The notes under the pieces are model-generated. The model had not been told where the DNA came from, did not search any database, and worked only from the letters and a program-made list of their open reading frames with translations. Position numbers and translations under genes: made by a program. Shown here piece by piece: positions 53,576 to 62,808 of a DNA stretch of 64,000 bases. Numbering within the stretch: the first letter of the stretch is position 1; each line of letters begins with the position of its first letter. Source of the DNA: Mycobacterium sp. (GTDB taxonomy: Bacteria; Actinomycetota; Actinomycetes; Mycobacteriales; Mycobacteriaceae); the NCBI GenBank assembly GCA_049315425.1, contig JBMOKE010000002.1:951-64950 (forward strand), read 5' to 3'.

Positions 53576-54325
53576 GTGGAGGCAATGGGGGCGCAGGCCC
53601 TCCCACCGGCGAGCGAGATCTCGACAACCACGGGTGCCGAAGCTGAGGACTTTCCCGAAGCCGTCGTCGACGGGGTCGCCGAGTTCCTCGGCAAACCGCG
53701 GGCCCGCGGCTGGATCCATCTCTACTCGGCAATAGTCGCCGTCATCGCCGGTGCGACCCTGGTCGCGGTGTCATGGTCGATGAAGTCCGAACGCGCCGGT
53801 ATCGCCACGCTGATCTACGCGGTGACGATCGTCGGGATGTTCGCCGTCAGCGCCACCTATCACCGCGTGCACTGGAAATCCCCGACCGCGCATAAGTGGA
53901 TGAAGCGGCTCGACCACTCGATGATCTTCGTCTTCATCGCCGGCAGCTACACCCCGTTCGCCCTGCTGGCGTTGCCCGAGCATGACGGCTGGCTGTTGTT
54001 CTGGATCGTGTGGGGCGGCGCACTGGCAGGCGTGCTGCTGAAGATGTGTTGGCCCTCGGCCCCCCGCTGGGTGGGGGTTCCGCTGTACCTACTTCTGGGC
54101 TGGGTCGCCGTGTGGTTCATCGGGCCGATCATGAACGGTGCCGGCCTGGCCGCGGTCACCCTGCTGATCGTGGGCGGGGTGTTCTACAGCGTCGGCGGTG
54201 TGCTCTACGGGTTGAAGTGGCCCAACCCGTGGCCGACCACATTCGGCCACCACGAGTTCTTTCACGCGTGTACCGCGGTGGCAGCAACCTGCCACTACAT
54301 TGCGATGTGGTTTGCCGTCTTCTGA
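53576..54325 (+). CDS. Hemolysin III / PAQR family membrane protein (Rv1085c-like)
   Basis: [21 protein letters not shown]; TACTGT 6 nt before GTG 53576. Confidence 0.9.
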   Translation: MEAMGAQALPPASEISTTTGAEAEDFPEAVVDGVAEFLGKPRARGWIHLYSAIVAVIAGATLVAVSWSMKSERAGIATLIYAVTIVGMFAVSATYHRVHWKSPTAHKWMKRLDHSMIFVFIAGSYTPFALLALPEHDGWLLFWIVWGGALAGVLLKMCWPSAPRWVGVPLYLLLGWVAVWFIGPIMNGAGLAAVTLLIVGGVFYSVGGVLYGLKWPNPWPTTFGHHEFFHACTAVAATCHYIAMWFAVF

Positions 54326-54404
54326 CGGCAACCACCAACGGCTTGAGCGTTTGCCGTCTTCTGACGGCAACCACCAACGGCTTGAGCGTTTGCCGTCTTC
54401 TGAC
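54310..54404. repeat. 39-bp VNTR/MIRU-like tandem repeat, 2 perfect copies plus 17 bp, with an 8-bp hairpin per unit
   Basis: Unit GTTTGCCGTCTTCTGACGGCAACCACCAACGGCTTGAGC at 54310 and 54349, partial at 54388. Confidence 0.95.
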
Positions 54405-54406
54405 TT

Positions 54407-54784
54407 CTAAGGCAGCGGCGTGACGTCGGCCGGCGACCAGTAGGCCTTCATCGTTGCGATCTTCCCATCGGCGTTGAACACCATCACGTCGATCGGCTCG
54501 ATCCGCATCTTGCCCCCGTCGCCGCCGACGGTGATGGCGAACATGAATGCCGCCTCATGGCCGGCCACCCGCAGCGAGCGCAATTCCGTTGCGCGAGGGA
54601 TGTTCTCAATATTCTTGTAGAAGCCATGGATGGCCTTACGGCCGATATGCACCTCACCACCCCCGACCGGATCTTCGACCGTGGCATCCTCGGCGTAGAG
54701 TCCCGCGATCTCGTCGGCGGTGCCGTTGGCGACAAGTTCGAGATAACGTTTGACGGCATTGGTGATGTCTTCGACGCTGGCCAT
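54407..54784 (-). CDS. SnoaL-like / ketosteroid isomerase-like protein
   Basis: Y14-equivalent, LYAEDATVEDPVG, IEPIDVM, MKAYW. Confidence 0.8.
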   Translation of the reverse strand: MASVEDITNAVKRYLELVANGTADEIAGLYAEDATVEDPVGGGEVHIGRKAIHGFYKNIENIPRATELRSLRVAGHEAAFMFAITVGGDGGKMRIEPIDVMVFNADGKIATMKAYWSPADVTPLP

Positions 54785-54793
54785 GGCGCCACG

Positions 54794-56803
54794 CTACACG
54801 GGCACTCCGAGGGCCGCGGACAGTTCCGCGGTGGTCGTCACCGGCAGGTCGCACGCGGTGCCACGGCAGATGTAGGCCGCGTCGGCTCCGCCGACCCGGT
54901 CACGGCCGATCAACAGCGGCATCGAATCAACCGGGCCACCGACGACGATCGCTCCACCCGGTGCGATCCGACGCGCCCAGGAGAGCAGTTCCGAATCCAT
55001 GTCGCCGGTCGAGACCGCCACCTGCAGCGGCCCACGTACAGCGGCCTCCGCGACTGCCAACCAGTGACCGGCGGAACGCGCGGCCCGCGCCAGCAGCGGC
55101 GAATGTGCCTGCAGTGTGGCGGCGGCCGCCTCGCGATAGCGGCCGGCGCGGTCGGCATCGACGAGGTGCGCTGCCGTCTGCAGAGCCTCGGCGATCGACG
55201 CGGCGCCGGATGGGGTGGCACCGTCGATTGGATCGGCGGGTCGGACCATCAACTGTTCGGCATCATCAGCGGTGTCGAACCAGCGACCGGGCCGGTCGGG
55301 GTCGGCGAAGCGCTGCAGTGCGAGGTCAATCAGGACGGTGGCCTTCGACAGCCAGGACTCGTCGCCATCGAGTTGATAGAGCGCCAGCAATCCGGTGGCC
55401 AACATGGCGTGGTCCTCCAGGATCGCGGCGCTGTCCCCCACCCGGCCGCCCAGGCTGGCCCGGCGCAACCGCCCGCCGACCAGATGCAGATCGACAACCG
55501 CGCCCGCGCATCGGCGGGCCGCCTCAAGCAGGGTGCGATCCCCCAGCGCCACGCCGGCCTCAGTCAGTGCGGTGATCGCCAGGCCGTTCCAGGCTGTGAC
55601 GATCTTGTCGTCGCGCGGGGGTTGCGGTCGGGCCCGCCGCACCGCCAGCAAGGCCGAGCGCACCTGCTCGAACCGTTCGGCGTCATGTGGCAGCGGGTCG
55701 CTGGCGGCAGGCCGTTGCAGCACGGAGCTTCCGTGTTCGAATGTCCCGAGGTCGGTGACCGCAAAAACCTCTGCGGCCCAACGTCCGTCGTCATCACCGA
55801 GCGCAGCCCGCAGTTGTCCGGGCGTCCAGACGTAGGTGGATCCCTCCGATCCGGCGGCATCCGCGTCCAGCGACGAGGTGAACATCTGGCCCTCAGCGAG
55901 GTCGGCAAGGAGGAACGCCGCCGTCTCGGCGGTGATTCGCCGGGCCAGCGGATCGCCCGTGCGCCGCAACCAATGCGCATAAACCCGCAACAGCAGGGCA
56001 TTGTCGTAGAGCATCTTCTCGAAGTGCGGCACCACCCAGTCGGCGTCGACGCTGTAGCGGGCGAAGCCACCGGCAAGCTGGTCGTAGATACCGCCGCGGG
56101 CCATCGCGGTGCAGGTTCGCCGAACCGCGTCGAGCGGAACCGGTGACCGGGTGCGCTCGAAAGTGCGCAGCAGTGCTTCCAGCAGCGCCGAGGGCGGGAA
56201 CTTCGGCGCGGCGCCGAAACCGCCGCGGGTGGTGTCCTCGTCGCGCAGCACCGACTCGACAGCCTGATCACACAGGGTCGGCTGCACCTCCACGCCACCA
56301 CCGGGCAGGCCGGAGGCCATCCGGCGCAGTTCACCGGCGATGCGGTCGGAAGCCTGCTCGACCTCGTCGCGGCGTTCGCGCCAGGTCTCGGCGACTGCGC
56401 CGAGCAGTTGGAGGAACTGAGGTTTGGGGTAGTAGGTCCCACAGAAGAACGGCCGCCCGTCCGGGGTGAGAAAGCACGTCATCGGCCAGCCGCCATGCCC
56501 GGTCAGCGCCACGGTGGCGTTCATGTACACCGCGTCGAGGTCGGGGCGTTCCTCGCGGTCGACCTTGATGCAGACGAACTCGTTCATCACCGCGGCCACG
56601 CCCGCGTCCTCGAACGACTCGTGCGCCATGACGTGGCACCAATGGCAGGCCGCGTAGCCGATCGAGAGCAGGATCGGGACGTCGCGACTGGCCGCCTCGT
56701 CGAGCGCCTCGGGGCTCCACTGCTGCCAGTGCACCGGATTGTCGGCGTGCTGGCGCAGATAGGGGCTGGTCGCCGCGGCGAGGGCGTTACCCGCCGGACT
56801 CAC
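54794..56803 (-). CDS. Thioredoxin-domain protein YyaL/SSP411 family (Rv1084-like)
   Basis: SPYLRQHADNPVHW, ACHWCHVMAHESF, KVDREERPD, PHFEKMLYDN. Start uncertain. Confidence 0.9.
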   Translation of the reverse strand: MSPAGNALAAATSPYLRQHADNPVHWQQWSPEALDEAASRDVPILLSIGYAACHWCHVMAHESFEDAGVAAVMNEFVCIKVDREERPDLDAVYMNATVALTGHGGWPMTCFLTPDGRPFFCGTYYPKPQFLQLLGAVAETWRERRDEVEQASDRIAGELRRMASGLPGGGVEVQPTLCDQAVESVLRDEDTTRGGFGAAPKFPPSALLEALLRTFERTRSPVPLDAVRRTCTAMARGGIYDQLAGGFARYSVDADWVVPHFEKMLYDNALLLRVYAHWLRRTGDPLARRITAETAAFLLADLAEGQMFTSSLDADAAGSEGSTYVWTPGQLRAALGDDDGRWAAEVFAVTDLGTFEHGSSVLQRPAASDPLPHDAERFEQVRSALLAVRRARPQPPRDDKIVTAWNGLAITALTEAGVALGDRTLLEAARRCAGAVVDLHLVGGRLRRASLGGRVGDSAAILEDHAMLATGLLALYQLDGDESWLSKATVLIDLALQRFADPDRPGRWFDTADDAEQLMVRPADPIDGATPSGAASIAEALQTAAHLVDADRAGRYREAAAATLQAHSPLLARAARSAGHWLAVAEAAVRGPLQVAVSTGDMDSELLSWARRIAPGGAIVVGGPVDSMPLLIGRDRVGGADAAYICRGTACDLPVTTTAELSAALGVPV

Positions 56804-57095
56804 GGGGGGGTTCTCCGATGTCGCCGTGCGCGGGCTCCCCGCTTCGTACTTCGGCCTGGCTGGAAACCTCGGTCGAGCCGACGGACTGGTCACCTTCGGG
56901 GGTGTCGAAGCTCTGCGGGATCTTCTTCAGGTGGCGGTTCATCGACCACACCAGTGCGAATACGCCGATCAGCAAGAGAACGACGATGAGCAGTCCGACC
57001 GGGCTTGCCTTGCCGAAGTCAGGCCCGGTCTTCGAGGGCTCCTCAGCCAGCAGGCTGACCAGCAGACCTGAGGTGACTAGCAGACCTGGGGTCAC
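56787..57095 (-). CDS. Small membrane protein (Rv1083-like)
   Basis: [12 protein letters not shown], one [11 protein letters not shown]; GTG overlaps the mca stop. Confidence 0.75.
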   Translation of the reverse strand: MTPGLLVTSGLLVSLLAEEPSKTGPDFGKASPVGLLIVVLLLIGVFALVWSMNRHLKKIPQSFDTPEGDQSVGSTEVSSQAEVRSGEPAHGDIGEPPRESGG

Positions 57096-57964
57096 TCGAA
57101 GATCTCGATTCCTGCGAAAAGGTCGTCTTCCGGCAACTCGGCCGGCACCCGGGAGCGGGCCAACTCGAACTCCTCGGTCGGCCAAAGCCGATGCTGCCAC
57201 TCTAATGGCGTCTCGAAAAACCAACCCGCCGGGTCGATCTGGGTGGCGTGCGCCCGAAGAGCGTCGTCGCGCCGGATGAAGTGTTCGGCGCAGCGCACCC
57301 GGGTGGTCACCCGGTTCGCGAGTGCGTCGTGCTCGGGATCCCAGTTCTCCAGCCACTTCGCGAACGGGCCCTGCAGACCGTTGTTGGCGAACTCATCCTG
57401 CAACAATTGCATGCGCTGACGGATGAAGCCGTGGTTGTAGTACAGCTTGCTCACCGACCACGGCTGCCCGGCCCCCGGATAAAGACTGGGGTCTGCGGCT
57501 GCCTCGAAGGCGGCAACTGAAACCTGATGGCAGCGAATGTGATCGGGGTGGGGATAGCCACCGTTCTCGTCGTAGGTCGTCATCACATGCGGGCGGAACT
57601 CGCGCATCAACCGCACCAGTTTGGAAACCGGTTCCTCCAGCGGTACCAGCGCGAAGCAGCCGTCCGGCAGCGGGGGCGGCGGATCGCCCTCCGGCAGTCC
57701 GGAGTCGACGAAGCCGAGCCACTCGTGCTCAACTCCGAGAATCTCTGCGGCCTTGGCCATCTCGTCGCGCCGGACATCGGCGATGCGGTCCCGCACGTCC
57801 GGCAGATCCAGCGCCGGGTTGAGAATGTCGCCACGCTCGCCGCCGGTCAGGGTGATCACCAGAATCCGATGACCCTCGTCGGCATAGCGCGCAAGCGTTG
57901 CTGCACCCTTACTGGACTCGTCGTCCGGATGGGCGTGAACCGCCATCAACCGCCGTTCAGTCAC
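57092..57964 (-). CDS. mca: Mycothiol conjugate amidase
   Basis: [26 protein letters not shown]. Confidence 0.95.
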   Translation of the reverse strand: MTERRLMAVHAHPDDESSKGAATLARYADEGHRILVITLTGGERGDILNPALDLPDVRDRIADVRRDEMAKAAEILGVEHEWLGFVDSGLPEGDPPPPLPDGCFALVPLEEPVSKLVRLMREFRPHVMTTYDENGGYPHPDHIRCHQVSVAAFEAAADPSLYPGAGQPWSVSKLYYNHGFIRQRMQLLQDEFANNGLQGPFAKWLENWDPEHDALANRVTTRVRCAEHFIRRDDALRAHATQIDPAGWFFETPLEWQHRLWPTEEFELARSRVPAELPEDDLFAGIEIFE

Positions 57965-58088
57965 ATCTTTCCTCTACAAGTTCGTCCACTGCCGCCGCGA
58001 CAGGCGCCTATCGTCCTCGTCCCCAATAGTCCCACCCGCGGTGGGGGTGCCCGCAATCCTGTCCACTTACTGCAGGCACACTGAGCAC

Positions 58089-58529
58089 ATGGCCGAGATG
58101 CCCCTCGACACACCACGGGAATCGTCACGGTACGGCCGGGCGCCCATGGCACCCGCCACCGGTCGCAAGGCGAAAATCGCACTAACGGCACTGGCCACGG
58201 CGGTAGGACTGGCCGTAGCGGCAATCGGCTATCAAAGGTTCGCGGGCAACGACGTCGACGGCAAAATGGCCGCATACGAGGTCCTCGACAACCAGACGGT
58301 GTCGGTCACGATCAGCGTGACTCGAAAGGACCCGGCGACCCCGGTGGTGTGCATCGTGCGCGCGCGATCGAAAGACGGCGCCGAAACCGGTCGGCGGGAG
58401 ATCCTGGTCGGAGCGTCGGAGGCCAAAACGGTGCAGGTCACAGCCACCGTGAAGTCATATCGGCAGCCATTAATGGGCGACATCTACGGCTGCGGCACCG
58501 ATGTGCCCCAGTATCTGCAGGCCAGCTAG
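58089..58529 (+). CDS. DUF4307 membrane protein (Rv1081c-like)
   Basis: One TM, CIVRARSKDGAETGRRE, IYGCG; synteny. Confidence 0.8.
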   Translation: MAEMPLDTPRESSRYGRAPMAPATGRKAKIALTALATAVGLAVAAIGYQRFAGNDVDGKMAAYEVLDNQTVSVTISVTRKDPATPVVCIVRARSKDGAETGRREILVGASEAKTVQVTATVKSYRQPLMGDIYGCGTDVPQYLQAS

Positions 58530-58582
58530 GGCACACAAAAATTCCAGCTGCACAAAACTGCCCCGGACGGCAATACCCCCGG

Positions 58583-58768
58583 TGCTACACTTGCCCGATA
58601 CACGGTTCCTGCTGGGAGCCGTGTATTGCTGCATTAGCGCGGACGTTTTAGCGATACGACCCGCTGCTGATGAACCGGCAATACACGCGGTATCGACCGC
58701 ATTTCCCGGCAGCGACGGCAGACTGCACCGCAGACATCGCGGAAAACACGAATGAGGAGCGCGACGAG
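58583..58768 (+). promoter_or_regulatory. greA promoter (TGC-TACACT) and about 170-nt structured 5' leader
   Basis: Extended -10 at 58583-58591; 12-bp stem 58598-58626; SD GAGGAG. Confidence 0.55.
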
Positions 58769-59269
58769 ATGACCGATACCCAGGTGGTGTGGCTGACGCA
58801 GGAGTCCCACGACCGGCTCAAGGCCGAACTCGACCAGTTGATCGCGAACCGTCCGATCATCGCCGCGGAGATCAACGATCGGCGCGAAGAGGGTGATCTT
58901 CGAGAGAATGGTGGCTATCACGCCGCGCGCGATCAGCAGGGCCAGGAAGAGGCCCGCATCCGCCAGTTGCAGGAGCTGCTCAATACCGCGAAGGTCGGCG
59001 AGGCCCCCAAGCAGTCCGGTGTGGCCCTGCCCGGCTCGGTCGTCGAGGTCGAGTTCACCTACGCCGACGGGAGCACCGAGAAGGAGAAGTTCCTGATCGC
59101 CACCCGCCAGGAGGGAGCCGGTCACGAGAAGCTTGAGGTGTACTCACCGAACTCCCCCCTCGGCGCCGCGCTACTGAACGCGAAGAAGAACGATGTCCGC
59201 GAGTACAAGGTGCCCAGCGGTAAGACTGTGAAGGTCAAGCTGTTGAAGGCCGAGCCCTACCACGCTTAA
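58769..59269 (+). CDS. greA: Transcription elongation factor GreA
   Basis: [24 protein letters not shown]. Confidence 0.96.
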   Translation: MTDTQVVWLTQESHDRLKAELDQLIANRPIIAAEINDRREEGDLRENGGYHAARDQQGQEEARIRQLQELLNTAKVGEAPKQSGVALPGSVVEVEFTYADGSTEKEKFLIATRQEGAGHEKLEVYSPNSPLGAALLNAKKNDVREYKVPSGKTVKVKLLKAEPYHA

Positions 59270-59272
59270 CTA

Positions 59273-59923
59273 ATGGCGCGTATCGCCGAAGATCTGTTGC
59301 TGTTGCTGCTGGACAATCCCTCTGCGCAGGCTCAACTGGACCGACCGCAGCTCACCCGGGTGCTGGCAACGGCGTTGATTCTCGACCTGGCCTATGACTG
59401 TCGGGTCCGTCCGGCGTTGCCGACGGACCCGTTGCCGGCCGGGCTTTTAGTGGCCTTGGCGGGCCCGGTACCGCTGGATCCTGCGGTGCGCCCCGCACTG
59501 GCGGTGCTGAACCAGGGTCCGATCACCCCGGCGGCGGCGATCGCCAAGGTCCGCAAACACGCTGAGGACGACGTGCTCGACCAACTGCTGCGAACCGGTC
59601 AGATCCATCAGGTCGGGTTGTCGAAACATCGGCTGCGTCGTAACACTTACGCGTGGCCGGTGAAGAACCGTATTCGGGTGGACGCCATCCGCGGTGCTGT
59701 CCAGTCGGCGCTATCCGGACAGCACAGTCCCGATGCCGCCACGACAGCGATCACCAGCCTGTTATACCTCGGCGGCGGCCTGCAAGCAGCGTTGAATCTC
59801 AGTGATGAGGGAGTGCGCCGAGCCGGTGAAATCGCCAGCGGCCCCTGGGCAAATGATTCAAGTACCGCAGAGGTGAACCTCGCCCTGACGGCAGCGACGG
59901 TGCTTCCGGCGCTAGTAGGCTAA
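59273..59923 (+). CDS. GPP34 (GOLPH3/Vps74-like) family protein
   Basis: IAEDLLLLLLD start, LILDLAY, C-terminal AATVLPAL. Family assigned from recalled pattern only. Confidence 0.65.
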   Translation: MARIAEDLLLLLLDNPSAQAQLDRPQLTRVLATALILDLAYDCRVRPALPTDPLPAGLLVALAGPVPLDPAVRPALAVLNQGPITPAAAIAKVRKHAEDDVLDQLLRTGQIHQVGLSKHRLRRNTYAWPVKNRIRVDAIRGAVQSALSGQHSPDAATTAITSLLYLGGGLQAALNLSDEGVRRAGEIASGPWANDSSTAEVNLALTAATVLPALVG

Positions 59924-61069
59924 CGCCTCGCGCAGATCAGCGAGTAGATCCACGGGATCTTCAATACCCACCGATAGCCGCACCAGATCGTCGGGAACCT
60001 CTAGTTGCGAACCGGCAACCGACGCGTGCGTCATCGCACCGGGATACTCGATCAGTGACTCGACGCCGCCCAGTGACTCCGCCAGAATGAAAACCTCTGT
60101 GCGCGAACATAATTTGAGTGCTGCTTCAACGCCACCGCGCATACGAACCGACACCATGCCACCGAAACCCCGCATCTGGCGCGCGGCGACATCGTGACCG
60201 GGGTGCCCGGCCAGACCGGGATAGAGCACCTGACTCACGGCCGGGTGTCCGGCGAGGAATGCGGCGACCTGTACGGCATTCTCGCAGTGCCGCTGCATAC
60301 GCAATTCGAGTGTCTTGAGACCCCGCATCGTCAGATAGACGTCGAACGGTCCCGGAATCCCGCCGGCGCCGTTCTGAAGGAACGCGAACTTGGTATCGAG
60401 TTCTTCGCTATTGGTGACCAGCGCACCACCAATCACGTCGGAATGTCCACCGATGTATTTCGTCGTCGAGTGCAGCACGATATCGGCGCCCAAGGTCAAC
60501 GGCTGCTGCAGTGCGGGCGAGGCAAAAGTGTTGTCCACCAACACCGTCGCGCCGGCAGCATGGCCGATCTCAGCGATCGCGGCGATATCGGCGATAGACA
60601 GCAGGGGGTTGGTGGGCGTCTCCACCCAGACCATCCGGGTATCGGGTGTGATGGCCGCTCGCACCGCCTCGAGGTCGGACAGGTGCACCGGGGTGTGGTG
60701 AACGCCCCACTCCCGAAACACCTTGTCGATGAGACGGAAGGTGCCGCCGTAGGCGTCGTCGGGTATCACGATGTGATCGCCGGGCCGCAGCACTGCCCGT
60801 AGCGCACAGTCGGTGGCGGCCATTCCGGAACTAAAGGCCCGCCCGAAACGGCCCTCCTCGACCGCCGCCAGAACAGCTTCCAGCGCCGCCCGGGTGGGGT
60901 TCCCGGTCCGTGCGTACTCGAAACCGCTTCGCAGGCCACCAACTCCGTCCTGGGCGAACGTGCTGCTGGCATAGATCGGCACGTTGACGGCCCCGGTGGC
61001 CGGGTCCGGGCGGTAGCCGGCATGGATCGCCTTGGTGGCGAAGCCGTGTCGGCGGTGTGTCTCAGTCAT
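59912..61069 (-). CDS. metB: Cystathionine gamma-synthase/lyase
   Basis: YARTGNPTR, ETPTNP, DNTFASP, STTKYIGGHSD (PLP lysine), AESLGGVESL. Confidence 0.93.
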   Translation of the reverse strand: MTETHRRHGFATKAIHAGYRPDPATGAVNVPIYASSTFAQDGVGGLRSGFEYARTGNPTRAALEAVLAAVEEGRFGRAFSSGMAATDCALRAVLRPGDHIVIPDDAYGGTFRLIDKVFREWGVHHTPVHLSDLEAVRAAITPDTRMVWVETPTNPLLSIADIAAIAEIGHAAGATVLVDNTFASPALQQPLTLGADIVLHSTTKYIGGHSDVIGGALVTNSEELDTKFAFLQNGAGGIPGPFDVYLTMRGLKTLELRMQRHCENAVQVAAFLAGHPAVSQVLYPGLAGHPGHDVAARQMRGFGGMVSVRMRGGVEAALKLCSRTEVFILAESLGGVESLIEYPGAMTHASVAGSQLEVPDDLVRLSVGIEDPVDLLADLREALAY

Positions 61070-61105
61070 CGTCGTCGAGCCTAAACTCCCCGACGGCCCA
61101 CGGTG

Positions 61106-62059
61106 TCAGACGGTCGCCGGAGCCACCGAGCCGCCACTGAGGCGCCGGTAGGTGTAGACGAGGAACAGCAGGGAGACCGGCACCGTCAACAGAAGTCCAA
61201 AACCGCATACGAACGCCCCGCCAAAAAGCAGCGCCTGGCTGACGAGCCAAGCCAGCAGCACATCAACGAAACGGGACTTCGCGATGCTGAAACTTGCCCG
61301 GATCCCGTCGATCGGTGACAGATTGCGGTCAACGATCGCGATGGTGACGAACAGCGTGAATATCGACACGGCCGCCCCGAACAGCACGGAAAATCGCCCG
61401 ATAAAAGGCACCAGCCCAATGGGGAAGGTGACCAGGGAGGACACGACGCCGATGATCAACGACGCGATAACGACGGAAATCACGTTACGTGGCCGGAAGA
61501 ACGACGAGATCCTCGCCGGCTGGCCGTTGGCGATGCCCAGCAGACCGCTGTAGTAGGCCGATGCGATTGCGGCGGTGAGGACGGCGAACAAAACCCAGCC
61601 AAGCATCAAAGCACCCGTCGCTGCGCCGGAGAAGCTGCTCGTCGCGGATTCGATGACACCGTCAGCGGTGACGTATTCTGCGAAGGTCGAGGGTGAGACG
61701 GCGGTGATGAGCCCAATGAACAGACCCACCACCGCTGCTAGCAGGAGCCCGAAGATCAACGTTGCCACAATTAGTGGAACCGCATTCTTGGTGAACTTCT
61801 GCCATGCCCAGGACAACCCCTCGCCGACGCTGTTTGGGTTCGCCGGAGGACCGTAGCCGGGCGGCGGGGGCAGGTAAGAACCCGGCGGCGGCGGGTAGGC
61901 ACCCGGGGGCGGAGGGGGATAGCCCCAACCGGGCGGAGGCGGGCCGTAACCCGGTGGCGGCGGATAGCCGAACCCGGGCGGAGGCGGGCCGTAACCCGGT
62001 GGCGGTGGATAGCCACTCGGAGGCGGCGGGTAGTCACCGGGATTAGGTGGCTGCGTCAT
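61106..62059 (-). CDS. Membrane protein with Pro/Gly/Tyr-rich N-terminus
   Basis: (PPPPGYG)n repeats, then LSWAWQKF and several TM segments. Confidence 0.75.
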   Translation of the reverse strand: MTQPPNPGDYPPPPSGYPPPPGYGPPPPGFGYPPPPGYGPPPPGWGYPPPPPGAYPPPPGSYLPPPPGYGPPANPNSVGEGLSWAWQKFTKNAVPLIVATLIFGLLLAAVVGLFIGLITAVSPSTFAEYVTADGVIESATSSFSGAATGALMLGWVLFAVLTAAIASAYYSGLLGIANGQPARISSFFRPRNVISVVIASLIIGVVSSLVTFPIGLVPFIGRFSVLFGAAVSIFTLFVTIAIVDRNLSPIDGIRASFSIAKSRFVDVLLAWLVSQALLFGGAFVCGFGLLLTVPVSLLFLVYTYRRLSGGSVAPATV

Positions 62060-62092
62060 GAAATTCCTTTTGAATTGGCGAGGCGCACTGGC

Positions 62093-62764
62093 TCAGCGGG
62101 GCAGGCAGACGGTCGACATGATCTTGTCGGCCAATGTCTGTCGTTTGGCATCCCAGAGTGGAAACAGGTAACCGATGTAGCAAATGAGCGCGTCGACGAT
62201 ATGGGCGAGTTGACGCAAGATCGACCGTCCGAAGCCGATCGGCTGACCGGTGTTCTCGCTGACAACCTTGAACTTCATCAGGGACTTACCGATGCTCGAT
62301 CCCGTCTTACCCTGCCGATATCCAATGTTCCAGAGCACGAACGCAAACCCGGCCAGGGAGAACACAACCAACAGGGTTAAGCCGAGTGCCGAAGGCTCGG
62401 ACACGCAGGCGACGCTGTAACCGGTGTCCCCGCTGTCGTTGACGCATTCATTGGTCCCGGTGCCGACCAGCAGTCCCTGACCTATGCCAGTCAAAGCGAG
62501 TACCGGAAGCGTATCGATCAAATAGGCCAGCACCCGTGTGATCCACGGGGTGTAGGCCTCCTTGGGAAGCGCTCCCGCCAGGTTAGGTGCCGGGGGGTAG
62601 TAGTAACCCGGAGGTGGCGGGGGGTAGTTCCCCTGGGGCGGGGGCGGATATGCCCCCGGCGTTGGCGGCGGATAGGTCCCCGGCGGCGGAGGCGGGTAAG
62701 ACCCCGGTGGCGGGAAGTTTCCGGGCGGCGGGAAGTTGCTGGGCGGTACGGGCGGTTCGGACAC
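62093..62764 (-). CDS. RDD family proline-rich antigen (Pra/Rv1078-like)
   Basis: PPPPG repeats, RVLAYLID, QTLADKIMSTVC. Confidence 0.85.
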   Translation of the reverse strand: MSEPPVPPSNFPPPGNFPPPGSYPPPPPGTYPPPTPGAYPPPPQGNYPPPPPGYYYPPAPNLAGALPKEAYTPWITRVLAYLIDTLPVLALTGIGQGLLVGTGTNECVNDSGDTGYSVACVSEPSALGLTLLVVFSLAGFAFVLWNIGYRQGKTGSSIGKSLMKFKVVSENTGQPIGFGRSILRQLAHIVDALICYIGYLFPLWDAKRQTLADKIMSTVCLPR

Positions 62765-62808
62765 GGGACTCCCCCAGTTCAGGACTGATGCAGATCAACC
62801 CTACCGCG

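Noticed and set aside
54310-54404. CRISPR-like array (palindromic repeats)
   Set aside because: The sequences between hairpins are identical rather than unique spacers, there are only about 2.4 units, and no cas genes are present.
54557-56146. 529-aa plus-strand ORF
   Set aside because: Antisense shadow of the Rv1084-like gene.
56804-56810. G7 homopolymer as a phase-variation tract
   Set aside because: Short run in GC-rich DNA within an intact frame (Rv1083-like C-terminus); no sign of a frameshift.
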